DNA of 64,000 bases from Candidatus Woesearchaeota archaeon. GTDB lineage: Archaea; Nanobdellota; Nanobdellia; Woesearchaeales; GW2011-AR4. The stretch is taken from the NCBI GenBank assembly GCA_016187495.1, contig JACPJP010000012.1, positions 81,150 to 145,149 on the forward strand, in the 5' to 3' direction. The translations under genes and the position numbers were made by a program. The notes beneath the pieces were generated by a model that did not search any database, was not told where the DNA came from, and saw only the letters and a program-made list of their open reading frames with translations. Position 1 is the first letter of the stretch. Every line of letters begins with the position of its first letter. Below are positions 9,673 to 18,988 of this stretch, piece after piece.

Positions 9673-12600
9673 ATGAGATCTTGGATAGTCTTGATTTCCT
9701 TATTGCCTATATTGATTTTTATATTTGGTACGGTTTATGTACAGGCAACCACTATCGAATTAAAAAAACCAGGTAATTTTTCAATTAATAATATCTTGAG
9801 CAGAAATATTAACTTTACATTTAATTCAACTTGGAGTTTTGGAGAGTCTGACCCTACACCACATGAAAATATATCAAACTGCAGTTTGTGGATAAACGGT
9901 ACGAATCCTGCTATTGAATGGGACATTGTAAAAAATGCTAGTATAGACTCAGTAGGGGAAGATAATAAAATACTAAATGGTTCAGCAGGGCTTAGTTATA
10001 TGAATTTTACATTTGCGTCAGACGGCAACTACACATATGCTGTTTCATGTTTAAATTTTACAAATGCAAGCGTAGATTCTAAACTCGCATTTTCTTCTAA
10101 CTTCTCTTTTTTTATTGATACAACCCCGCCGACGATTGACATATTCATACCTAATAATAGCAGAATAGCTCCTAATTCGACCGTTAATATCACTGCAGAC
10201 ATATCGGATGAAACTGGATTGTTAAGCGCAAACATAACTTATAATATAAGCGGCATCTTGACAAAAGTCAATTTTACCTTATCCGGAAAAAGCGCAATAA
10301 TTCATAATGTTACGAATTTTATCGGTTCACTTGGGGATGTAATCAATGTTACAGTCTATGCCGCAGATACACAAAACAATGTAGGGCAAGATTCAACGTT
10401 GGTTACGCTGGTTGACATTCACCCACCGTCAGTTGCCGTTTCAATAAACAACACATCACCAGGAGTTAATGATATCATCAACATTTCTGCAACCATTTCA
10501 GATGAAACAGGATTGATCAGTGCAAATATAACTTACAGCATAGAAGATGTGTTAACAAAAGTGAATTTTAGTTTTTCTGGAAATATTGCAGATATAGCTA
10601 ATATTTTGGCAGCCATCCATAATGTTACTGCAATTAACGGCAGGAAGGGAGAAAAGATAAAATTTTTTGTTTATGCTACAGATGTGTATAATAATATTGG
10701 GAACAGTTCTGCTTTTGTTGTATTGCCATCTATAACATCTTCAGAAGCTTTTGGAGACCCTCAATCATTCATTGTAGCAGACTCCCAGGTGAATAAAGGA
10801 AACCCTGACACTAATGATGGAAGCGATAATAGCATAATGGTAATGACATCAAATCCTAACGAAGTCAGAGGTTACTGGCTTTTAAATATTTCAAATGTCA
10901 CTGGAACGGTAACTGATGCTACTTTCCAATGCAAGATAAATAGGCAAGGAAGCGGTGTAACTATAGAAGTATACTGGTCAAATGGAACTTTTAGCGAATC
11001 TGGAATCACATGGAATAACCAGCCTTGCGGCACAACAGAAAACTCCACTGATCTACCATGCAACCAAACAGTCTTATCAGATCATGAAGTTGATTTTGAA
11101 GCTCAAGGCACTAGAAACTTAACTTTTGACATCTTAAAAGCGGTTAAAATAGCCCATGAGCAGGTTTTTTATGATAAGCATTTAATTCTTATGATACGGC
11201 ACCAATCAGAAGCTACAATAAGCCAAGATACGCAGTTTTATTCAAAAGAAAACTTAAATCCAGAAAATAAATGCGGATTGTATATGGTAACCCAGGATTT
11301 AACCTTCCCAATAGTTAATACTTCAATAAACAACACATTACCAAGTTTTAATGACATCATAAACATTTCTGCAAACATTTCAGATGAAACACGCTTGTTA
11401 GGTGCAAATATAACCAACAATCTTAGTGGAATCTTGGCAAAGGTTAACTTTACCTTAAATGGAACTACAGCACAAATTCATGATATAACCCAAATAACAA
11501 CAGGCGCTGGCTCTGTAATTAACTTTACGGTTTATGCCATAGATGCTAATAATAATGTCAAGCAGAATTCTACTTTGATTACTGTAATTGATATTATCCC
11601 TCCAATAGTAAACGCAACGTTCAATACCACAAGCCATTTAGTAGATGACATCATCAACATATCGGCAAACATAACAGATGAAACGGAATTATTGTCAGCA
11701 AACATAACCTATAATATATCCGGAGCCTTAACTAAGATCAACTTTTCGTTGTCTGGGACAAGTGCTCAGATAAGCAACAAAACTCAAATTATCTGCGCAG
11801 AAACTTGCGTCATCAACTTTACTGTTTATGCTACAGATGCAAGCAATAATGTAAAGCAGAACTCAACATTGTTAGCTGTTGCAGATGTAACCCCTCCAGT
11901 GATTAATACAGCGTTCAACGCAACATATCCAAGAAATATAGAGGCAATTAATTTCACCGGCAATGTAACGGATGGAAATGGCCTTTTATTAGCTAACTGG
12001 ACTATAAACTTTTCTACTGGAAAGCTATTTATGAATTATTCATTGAGCGGAAATTCAGCTCAGATAAGCAACACAACAACCTTGCTAGGATTAGCAGGCG
12101 GAACCGTATTAAATTTTACTTTTTATGCTACTGATATAAGCAATAATGTGAATCAGAACGACACATTATTGACAATTTCTGATGCAATTCCGCCTATTGT
12201 TAATGCAACATTTAATGTAAGCAGTCCAACGGTAAATAGTGTAATAAATTACACTGCGAATATAACAGATGAAACTGAATTGCTTTCTGCAAATTGGACA
12301 GTTAACCTTTCTACTGAAAAAGTGCTTGCTAACTATTCGATATTAGGAACTGCGGTTCAGGTAAGTAACACTACATCATTGTCCTATTGTACTGAGACCT
12401 GCGTACTTAATTTCACAATTTATGCAACGGACACAAGCAATAATGTAAATCAAAACAGCACTTTAATAACAGTTGCAGATATAACCCCGCCAGTTGTTAA
12501 TACTACATTTAATATCACAAGCCCTGTCATAAATGGCGTTATAAACTTCTCAGGAAATATAACTGATGGGGTTGGATTATTATCCGCAAATATAACCTAC

Positions 12601-14514
12601 AACCTATCTGGAATTTTAACAAAAATAAACTTTACACTATCTGGAACAAAAGCACAAATAGGCATTGTTACAGAATTAGAAGTAGATGGGGGCAATGTAA
12701 TAAACTTTACTTTGTTCGCCACTGACACAAGCAACAATATAAGGCAAAATTCAACATTAATAACAGTAGCAGATACAAATCCGCCAGTTATCTCATTAGT
12801 ATCCCCTTCAAACAACTCAGTACAAGAAGTCGGCACTATTATAAATTTGAGCATAACTGATTATACAGATATTTTTGCTTGGTATAAAAACGAAAGCATA
12901 AATGCAACAATAAACTCTCCTTATGATATCGACACAAGCAATTGGTCAAAAGCCGAATATGAAATAACCGTTTACGCTAATGACAGCTCTGGGAATATTA
13001 ATTCACAATTCTACAGATTCATATTTGATAGCAGGCCAGTTATAAATACAACCCCTATTAATTCGACTTTGGAAGATGAGATTTATAGTTATGATGTAAA
13101 TGCAACTGACTCTGATGAAGATAAATTAAATTATTCCTTAGTATTAAATCCAACTGATATGGTTATAAACTCCAGCAATGGGATAATTAATTGGACACCT
13201 ACCAATTCGCAGGTAGGCAATCATTCTATTGTAATAGAAGTGTCTGATGGCAACTTGTCTGCAAACCAGTCTTTCAATTTAACAGTAATAAATGTAAATG
13301 ATATTCCTATCCTTAGTTTTATACCTGATATCATAGTAAATGAAACTGATTTAGTAGACATCAATGCAACTGGAAACGTTTCAGCAACAGATGTAGATGG
13401 AGATAATTTGATATATTCATATTCCCCACCTTTAAACAGTTCAGGTCAATGGCAGACTAGCTTTACAGATGCAAGAAATTACATCATAACAGTAACTGTA
13501 AATGATAGCAATGGAGGAATAGATTCACAAGAAGTTAATATTACGGTACTTGATAAAACTAAGGGAGCTAATGATACGGTAGTGGGAAACCTAAGTGATA
13601 TTAAGACTACAATACCCAACCTTGGCTTAAGAATTAACAATACGGTCTTTAATTTGAGTAAAGTTATCCTAGGAGTCAATAGAATCAATTTCACAGATAG
13701 TAATGAGACAGTAATCGAATTTGACTTTGAGTTCTCAAACACTTCAAAGTTTAATTTTCTTGATATTGAGATAAATAATACATTTTTCAATGGGAGCCAA
13801 AGCATAATAATCAAAGGAATCAATTTGACCTCGCAGGGGAGGACAAAAACCGCTTACATAAATAGAACCAATACCACTTACAATTCTGTTTGTATTAGAG
13901 ATGTTGAATTAAGTTCTGTTACTGAAATTACGTCTGATTGCAGTGGCTCTGATGAAACAAAGCTTGCATGTGATGGAGTCCCAACGAATGGCTATACCTG
14001 CGCACTTCAAGGCACGCTTTATAGAATCACGGGTTTGAGCCATTCCGGAATAAAACAGTTATCTTACACAAGAACTTCTGATAGTTCAGGCGGCGGAGGT
14101 GGAGGGGGAGGCGGGGGTGGTGGTCGTGGTGATGTTGGAGGCTTAGTAGGCTCAGGAGAATCTTACGTCTGCAATATGGATTGGGATTGTTCAGGGTGGT
14201 CAGAATGCAAAAATGGATGGGAGACGAGAGAGTGCTCTTTTGTAGAAATTGCTCAGCATACCTCAAATGAGGCATGTGCCTCTATTAATAATGTCCCGCA
14301 AAGAGCCAGAAAATGTGAGACCCGTCAAGAACAAGAGATTAGTAAAGAAGAAGAAACTGAAAGAGAAACTGTGCCTAATGAGCCTAAAGTCCCTCGAATC
14401 ACTGGCCTGGCTGTTGGATATGTAGGGGAGCCAAATAAACTTGTTGGTACAATCATAACCACGGCTATAGTTATTATTGGCGGTTTTTTTTATTATAGAT
14501 TTTTTAATTTATAG
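9673..14514 (+). CDS. Giant (about 1613 aa) sequon-saturated cell-surface protein: signal peptide, 7 tandem ~98-102-aa Ig-like repeats, DNRLRE/CBM96-like insert, cadherin-like domain, poly-Gly, Cys/Trp knot, C-terminal TM anchor
   Basis: The track ORF starts at TTG 9652; the ATG at 9673 (MRSWIVLISLLPILIFIFGTVYVQA) has a better Shine-Dalgarno motif and signal peptide. Hand count: about 115 N-X-S/T sequons. Repeats are anchored on PP(I/V)VN..INISANI(T/S)DET.LLSANITYN.SG.LTK(V/I)NF.LSG..AQI. The TWNNQP motif falls near aa 460. A cadherin-like block (YSYDVNATDSDEDKLNYSL..INWTPT..) follows, then G12 and a C-terminal helix TIITTAIVIIGGFFYY. Confidence 0.9.
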   Translation: MRSWIVLISLLPILIFIFGTVYVQATTIELKKPGNFSINNILSRNINFTFNSTWSFGESDPTPHENISNCSLWINGTNPAIEWDIVKNASIDSVGEDNKILNGSAGLSYMNFTFASDGNYTYAVSCLNFTNASVDSKLAFSSNFSFFIDTTPPTIDIFIPNNSRIAPNSTVNITADISDETGLLSANITYNISGILTKVNFTLSGKSAIIHNVTNFIGSLGDVINVTVYAADTQNNVGQDSTLVTLVDIHPPSVAVSINNTSPGVNDIINISATISDETGLISANITYSIEDVLTKVNFSFSGNIADIANILAAIHNVTAINGRKGEKIKFFVYATDVYNNIGNSSAFVVLPSITSSEAFGDPQSFIVADSQVNKGNPDTNDGSDNSIMVMTSNPNEVRGYWLLNISNVTGTVTDATFQCKINRQGSGVTIEVYWSNGTFSESGITWNNQPCGTTENSTDLPCNQTVLSDHEVDFEAQGTRNLTFDILKAVKIAHEQVFYDKHLILMIRHQSEATISQDTQFYSKENLNPENKCGLYMVTQDLTFPIVNTSINNTLPSFNDIINISANISDETRLLGANITNNLSGILAKVNFTLNGTTAQIHDITQITTGAGSVINFTVYAIDANNNVKQNSTLITVIDIIPPIVNATFNTTSHLVDDIINISANITDETELLSANITYNISGALTKINFSLSGTSAQISNKTQIICAETCVINFTVYATDASNNVKQNSTLLAVADVTPPVINTAFNATYPRNIEAINFTGNVTDGNGLLLANWTINFSTGKLFMNYSLSGNSAQISNTTTLLGLAGGTVLNFTFYATDISNNVNQNDTLLTISDAIPPIVNATFNVSSPTVNSVINYTANITDETELLSANWTVNLSTEKVLANYSILGTAVQVSNTTSLSYCTETCVLNFTIYATDTSNNVNQNSTLITVADITPPVVNTTFNITSPVINGVINFSGNITDGVGLLSANITYNLSGILTKINFTLSGTKAQIGIVTELEVDGGNVINFTLFATDTSNNIRQNSTLITVADTNPPVISLVSPSNNSVQEVGTIINLSITDYTDIFAWYKNESINATINSPYDIDTSNWSKAEYEITVYANDSSGNINSQFYRFIFDSRPVINTTPINSTLEDEIYSYDVNATDSDEDKLNYSLVLNPTDMVINSSNGIINWTPTNSQVGNHSIVIEVSDGNLSANQSFNLTVINVNDIPILSFIPDIIVNETDLVDINATGNVSATDVDGDNLIYSYSPPLNSSGQWQTSFTDARNYIITVTVNDSNGGIDSQEVNITVLDKTKGANDTVVGNLSDIKTTIPNLGLRINNTVFNLSKVILGVNRINFTDSNETVIEFDFEFSNTSKFNFLDIEINNTFFNGSQSIIIKGINLTSQGRTKTAYINRTNTTYNSVCIRDVELSSVTEITSDCSGSDETKLACDGVPTNGYTCALQGTLYRITGLSHSGIKQLSYTRTSDSSGGGGGGGGGGGGRGDVGGLVGSGESYVCNMDWDCSGWSECKNGWETRECSFVEIAQHTSNEACASINNVPQRARKCETRQEQEISKEEETERETVPNEPKVPRITGLAVGYVGEPNKLVGTIITTAIVIIGGFFYYRFFNL
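10126..10725 (+). repeat. Coding tandem repeat array A (2 units, about 297-306 bp each) inside the giant surface-protein gene
   Basis: Units begin at the Pro-Pro codons 10126 and 10423 (TTPPTIDIF / IHPPSVAVS). Confidence 0.8.
11305..12780 (+). repeat. Coding tandem repeat array B (5 units, period 294-297 bp) inside the giant surface-protein gene
   Basis: Unit anchors are at 11305 (FP), then 11599, 11893, 12190 and 12487 (PP), closing at PP 12781. The units are diverged in sequence but keep exact phase. Confidence 0.85.
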
Positions 14515-15511
14515 TTTTAACAGCATTTGCAATCTTATCAATATCCCATTCTGCCGGGTAAGTGCATTTTGTCTTGTAAGAACAATAATCTTTCCCTTTC
14601 CCAACAATTTTTATTCCCCTGCCATAATTTTCGATTTCTGCTGCACTAGTTGGGTAGTAGAAAGATACAATATTCTTCTTCAATGCAGTCCCAATATGCA
14701 ATGCCAAGCTATCGGATGTTACCAAAATATTGCATAAATTAACCAAAGAAGCGAATTCCATCAATGAGTTATCACAACCAGCGTCAATAATCTTGCCTTT
14801 TGCTGTTTTTTTTATCTTTTCATTCCTTTCTTTTTCCTCTGGGCCACCAAACAATAATAATTTTGCATTATCTATACTTTCATTTAACTTGTCAATCAAT
14901 TCGGCAGTTTCTTCTATGCTTAATTTTTTGTCCTGCCATCTTCCTCCTGCGCCAGTGTTTATGCCAATGATTTCATCATTGCTTTTCATATTATTCTTTT
15001 TTGCAAAATTTTCGCCAAAATTTATTTCATCCTTTGTTAAACCTAATATCGGCTCTTGTTTTTTGTAATCCAAATCAAGAATTTCATACATTATTTGCTG
15101 ATATGTTTTTTTGTTTTTGGCTTTTAATTCATCTGCCTTTTTCTTGCCAAACTTTGAGATTAAGCCAATGTCAAACCATAATGAGGAATTTTGCGTATAA
15201 ACTCTTTTTCCATTGTCCAAATAAGCGCCAATAAGCTCTTTATGGCTGATTTTTGCGGCTAGAGTGCATGCCTCATTGTCATCGTCCAAACTAATTATTA
15301 AGTCATATTCGTTATTTTCTATTTTTACAATATCATTGTCGATTAAAAATAGTTTATTAATGAAATTATTATTTTTTAAGACATCAAAGGATTCTTTCTT
15401 TGTGAGCCAGTCTATTCTGCAATTTTTGTATTTTTCCTTTAGCCCCGAAAGAATGGAAGTAGTCCTGATTACATCCCCTATTGCGCCTAATTTTATTATT
15501 AGTATGTCCAT
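14504..15511 (-). CDS. GT9 family glycosyltransferase (heptosyltransferase-like)
   Basis: 335 aa. N-terminal MDILIIKLGAIGDVIRTTSIL; C-terminal ..LVTSDSLALHIGTAL.., the GT9 pattern. The 3' end overlaps the giant surface-protein gene by 11 nt (convergent). Confidence 0.75.
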   Translation of the reverse strand: MDILIIKLGAIGDVIRTTSILSGLKEKYKNCRIDWLTKKESFDVLKNNNFINKLFLIDNDIVKIENNEYDLIISLDDDNEACTLAAKISHKELIGAYLDNGKRVYTQNSSLWFDIGLISKFGKKKADELKAKNKKTYQQIMYEILDLDYKKQEPILGLTKDEINFGENFAKKNNMKSNDEIIGINTGAGGRWQDKKLSIEETAELIDKLNESIDNAKLLLFGGPEEKERNEKIKKTAKGKIIDAGCDNSLMEFASLVNLCNILVTSDSLALHIGTALKKNIVSFYYPTSAAEIENYGRGIKIVGKGKDYCSYKTKCTYPAEWDIDKIANAVKTIN

Positions 15512-15620
15512 GGTTTTGGATAAATATGCCTTATTTTAAAGGTTTTCTTATAATTGCCTGTAAACTTAGCAGCATATGCGCCAGTTCGCATTAGTAAAAC
15601 AGCATTTGAAATAGAAAATA

Positions 15621-15628
15621 TTTAAATA
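15621..15628 (+). promoter_or_regulatory. TATA box (TTTAAATA) upstream of the lipoprotein gene
   Basis: It ends 25 nt before the GTG at 15653, consistent with a leaderless transcript. Confidence 0.35.
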
Positions 15629-15652
15629 ACGTTCTAGGTTAGTTTCGTCGGG

Positions 15653-17311
15653 GTGGGTGTGATTAAGCAATTGTTTTTGGTATTATTGATAGGAATGATT
15701 TTTCTTTATGGCTGTATGGGCAAGGATATTGAAATATCCGAACCATTGGGAAAGATTACTGGCGAGGTTGTAAAGGATGCTGATGAACCTATTTTTGATA
15801 TCAGCATTGAAGAAGAATTGCAGGAAGAAACGCAGGAAGCTATAACTGAGAAAGATAAAATTGACACAATTAATGATGTAAACTATGATGATGCAAACCC
15901 TAAATCCCATGTTATTTATGTGCGGGATGGAGAAGGATTTGATCCTAAAGAGATAATAATCAATAGCGGAGATAAGGTAAGCTGGAAGAATGAAGGCCAT
16001 AGGGGCATGATAATATTGGTATTTAAGGATGGAAAACAATATTTGCAGCAGAATGCTGTCAATTCCGGAGATGAGTTTACACACCAGTTTAATGAAACCG
16101 GCTCGTACGATATTTATTGGAATATAATTGGCGGACCGATAACGGGAAAATTAATTGTGCGAGAAAGGTCGTTAGATGTTATTGGCGAACCTTTAGAAAA
16201 ACCAGCAAAAAAATATGATGCAAAAAAATCGGAATACTATACCGAAGAGCAACTCAAGGAAGACTTAACAAGCATCTTTGGCTCATCAAGGTATAATATC
16301 AGCAATTTTACAAGAGACCCTTCCTACCCCGGTTATATTAGGTCAAGTGAATTAAAATATCACGTTATCCACACAATTAAAGACAAGCAAATAAAATCTT
16401 TTAAAGATTTTTGTGAAATTTATTGTGGCAGCAATTGGGATGGCTGGCAGTACTATACAAATATGACCCTATACAGTTTATATGAACCCTTACTCGGACC
16501 AGGAGATTTTCCAGACGAGAAAGAGTATAATGACTATAGAAAAGAGAGGGTATTAGCGAACCATACCAAAAAGGAAAAAGTGCATGAAGTTGAAAATGGC
16601 AAAGTCTTAGAATATAAATTCTGGCTTTTACAGCAAGATTTTTTTGGAAATTTTCAATCTAATCTTTTGGGCTACCTATTAGTATACAAGGTTTACTGCA
16701 CCCCAAATATGACTGTGCTTATAAGGCCCCGATGGGAAGATTTCTCGGTAAGAAAAGGCGGCAAAATCCCTGAACTCATTGTTAATTGGGAACTCGAGGA
16801 TGATCGCGTTCGTGAAGAAGCATTGGAAAAAGCCAATGAAATTTTAAAGGCATGCCCGGTGGAAAAAGAATTTTTTGACAATTATGATGCTAAACCATAC
16901 TTTGAATCTGATTTGCGAGGCTATTATTGGAAATTATATTACTCTAATAAACTAAATTTGACAAGGAATATTGAAATAGGCGCGGAAAAATTATATAAGG
17001 ATCAAGATGTGTATGTATTAAAGAATATGACTCTATCCTTTACAAATAATTATTTTTCTCCTCTTTATGATGTTGGGCTGAAGGTTATAGTAAAAGCTGA
17101 TGACGAGAAGAACGAATATGATTATTATGATAATGAGAATTTTCGTTATGAATTTAAATCCGGTGAAAAAATAACTAAAACTTTGAAGCTAAATGAAATC
17201 AAATTTTTACATAATATTACAGTAATGGCAACCTTATATCTGCTTGATGAAGATGTTGGCATCAGACCTCTTGAGGTTACATTTACCAAGTCTGATTTGG
17301 GCTTTGAATAG
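15653..17311 (+). CDS. Secreted/lipid-anchored hypothetical protein with a copper-ligand-less cupredoxin-like domain
   Basis: 552 aa. Signal with lipobox-like LYGC. The block FDPKEIIINSGDKVSWKNEG..GDEFTHQFNETGSYDIYWNIIGGPITGKLIV follows plastocyanin-type topology but lacks the Cys/His/Met ligands. The rest is unassignable. Confidence 0.6.
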   Translation: MGVIKQLFLVLLIGMIFLYGCMGKDIEISEPLGKITGEVVKDADEPIFDISIEEELQEETQEAITEKDKIDTINDVNYDDANPKSHVIYVRDGEGFDPKEIIINSGDKVSWKNEGHRGMIILVFKDGKQYLQQNAVNSGDEFTHQFNETGSYDIYWNIIGGPITGKLIVRERSLDVIGEPLEKPAKKYDAKKSEYYTEEQLKEDLTSIFGSSRYNISNFTRDPSYPGYIRSSELKYHVIHTIKDKQIKSFKDFCEIYCGSNWDGWQYYTNMTLYSLYEPLLGPGDFPDEKEYNDYRKERVLANHTKKEKVHEVENGKVLEYKFWLLQQDFFGNFQSNLLGYLLVYKVYCTPNMTVLIRPRWEDFSVRKGGKIPELIVNWELEDDRVREEALEKANEILKACPVEKEFFDNYDAKPYFESDLRGYYWKLYYSNKLNLTRNIEIGAEKLYKDQDVYVLKNMTLSFTNNYFSPLYDVGLKVIVKADDEKNEYDYYDNENFRYEFKSGEKITKTLKLNEIKFLHNITVMATLYLLDEDVGIRPLEVTFTKSDLGFE

Positions 17312-17344
17312 AATTGAACACTATCTTTTGCAACCAGCTAAATA

Positions 17345-17352
17345 TTTATAAA
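17345..17352 (+). promoter_or_regulatory. TATA box (TTTATAAA) upstream of the 537-aa membrane-protein gene
   Basis: It ends 23 nt before the ATG at 17375. Confidence 0.35.
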
Positions 17353-17374
17353 AGCCAGCTATTTGCATTAGGAT

Positions 17375-18988
17375 ATGGAAGTCAATAAAAGGCACCTTGA
17401 GGCAGCAGCATTTATTGCAGTTTACCTGTTTATTCTTTATCTGTGGACGCTGCCTTTCCAGGACAATCAAGTGCCTTATGGGGAATTTGATGCTATATCC
17501 CATTGGGAGCTTGCAGACTTTATTGAGCAGCTTGACAGGACTTTTATTTATTTGCCTCCTTTTCTGGATTATTCTTACGGTGGCGATAACCAGTTCAAGC
17601 CGCATACCTTATGGTACCATCCACCTTTCCATACAGATTTAGCAATAATCTCAGCTTTCGCTCCAGGAAGGGTTGTCCCGATTTTTTTGACAAATGCAAT
17701 TTTTGCAACAGCAATCTTAATTTCAGTTTTCTTTGTCATCAGAAGATTGTATGGATTTCTTCCTGCTATCCTATCATCGTTGCTGCTTGGCTTTTCCATG
17801 AGAGACCTAATGCCTTACCTTTGGGGACAATGGCCGGAGAGGTTTGGCTACGCTTTTACCCCTTTGATCTTATACTGTTTTTATACCTATTATACTACTT
17901 ATACTAAAGAAAAAAGCAGTCCAATATACCTGCATATAACTGGGATTTTACTCGCTATTGAATTAATGGTACACCCGCTTTCATTTTTTCATTCCCTTGT
18001 GGGCATTTTTGTTTTGGGAATAGCTTTGCTGATAAAAACGAGAAAATTGCCTATGAATTGGAAGCATATAGGAATAACGATAGTTTTGTTCCTGATCCTT
18101 CTAGCTATATTCCCCTACCAAACTGGAAATGTAATAAAGTCTTTCAGCGAGGATTCAAAAAGAGAGCATGAATACCCTTCCTTGTCAAGACTGTTCAATT
18201 GGGCTCCTGACCCAAAGGATTTTATTGGTTCTGTTCCCGAATCTTATTTCTCTTTTAGGGAAATGAATGGAATCTGGACGCTGCCTTTTTTGCTTATGGG
18301 GATTCTCTTTTTGGTTGTCAGGAGAGAAAACCGCGATATACTCCTGTTAGCATGGCTGATTAGCCTGTATTTGATCCTGCATAGGGATTTCATAGGAAAA
18401 TTTTTCTTTTTGCATAGGTCTTTATCCGCTACTGCGCATATTTTTGCTCCCATAACGGTTATAGGGGCGTTGTCAATACACTCATTAATTAAGCTGCCCA
18501 ATAACTATAGCAGATTTTTGAAATATGGTGCTGCAGTTTTAGTTGTGGCTTTGGCTTTTATGTATAATTTTCCACAGGCGCAATCTACGCTCCAGAATGC
18601 TTATGATAGCCCATTGATAAGACTGAATCCTGCTCAAATAGAAGTAAGCCAGTGGCTTAAGAACAATTTAAATGAAAATCAGAATGTTTCAGTTATAGGA
18701 CCTCCTTCCGAAATAATGCAGAAGGTATGGTGGATGGCGTCCTTTTCCCATAGAACAAGTTTCTTTTTTGAGGGCTTCTTGACATGGAAGACATTTAAAG
18801 AAAACAGGGAAGAAACGATAAAATATCATCTGCTTAATGACTATATTGTTTTTGACTATTCAGATATTGCGTTATTGTCTGACGGGAGCTTGGTTGAGCA
18901 ATGGCTGGAATTTGAGAAGCAAAACATGGGAAATCACACATTGCTTTACAACAAGGACAATATAAGGGTGTATAAATATGAAGGATGA
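17375..18988 (+). CDS. Uncharacterised polytopic membrane protein, GT-C-like (paralogue of 20498-22159)
   Basis: 537 aa. Multi-TM N-terminal two thirds plus a soluble C-terminal domain. Blocks shared with the paralogue: YGEFDAISHW / YGASDAFQHQ, YHPPF..LAII / IYPPV..LAIM, LWGQWPERF / LWGHWPSVL, and VSQWLKNN / LSWIRDNT. Confidence 0.7.
   Translation: MEVNKRHLEAAAFIAVYLFILYLWTLPFQDNQVPYGEFDAISHWELADFIEQLDRTFIYLPPFLDYSYGGDNQFKPHTLWYHPPFHTDLAIISAFAPGRVVPIFLTNAIFATAILISVFFVIRRLYGFLPAILSSLLLGFSMRDLMPYLWGQWPERFGYAFTPLILYCFYTYYTTYTKEKSSPIYLHITGILLAIELMVHPLSFFHSLVGIFVLGIALLIKTRKLPMNWKHIGITIVLFLILLAIFPYQTGNVIKSFSEDSKREHEYPSLSRLFNWAPDPKDFIGSVPESYFSFREMNGIWTLPFLLMGILFLVVRRENRDILLLAWLISLYLILHRDFIGKFFFLHRSLSATAHIFAPITVIGALSIHSLIKLPNNYSRFLKYGAAVLVVALAFMYNFPQAQSTLQNAYDSPLIRLNPAQIEVSQWLKNNLNENQNVSVIGPPSEIMQKVWWMASFSHRTSFFFEGFLTWKTFKENREETIKYHLLNDYIVFDYSDIALLSDGSLVEQWLEFEKQNMGNHTLLYNKDNIRVYKYEG

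Noticed and set aside
10126-12780. Regular ~295-bp periodicity that could suggest a repeat array or CRISPR-like locus.
   Set aside because: The period is far too long, there is no short direct repeat/spacer structure, and the repeats are in phase within one long ORF. They are protein-domain repeats.
14125-14133. An RGD tripeptide immediately after the poly-Gly tract.
   Set aside because: A three-residue motif is expected by chance in a 1600-aa protein. No integrin-type partner is plausible in this context.
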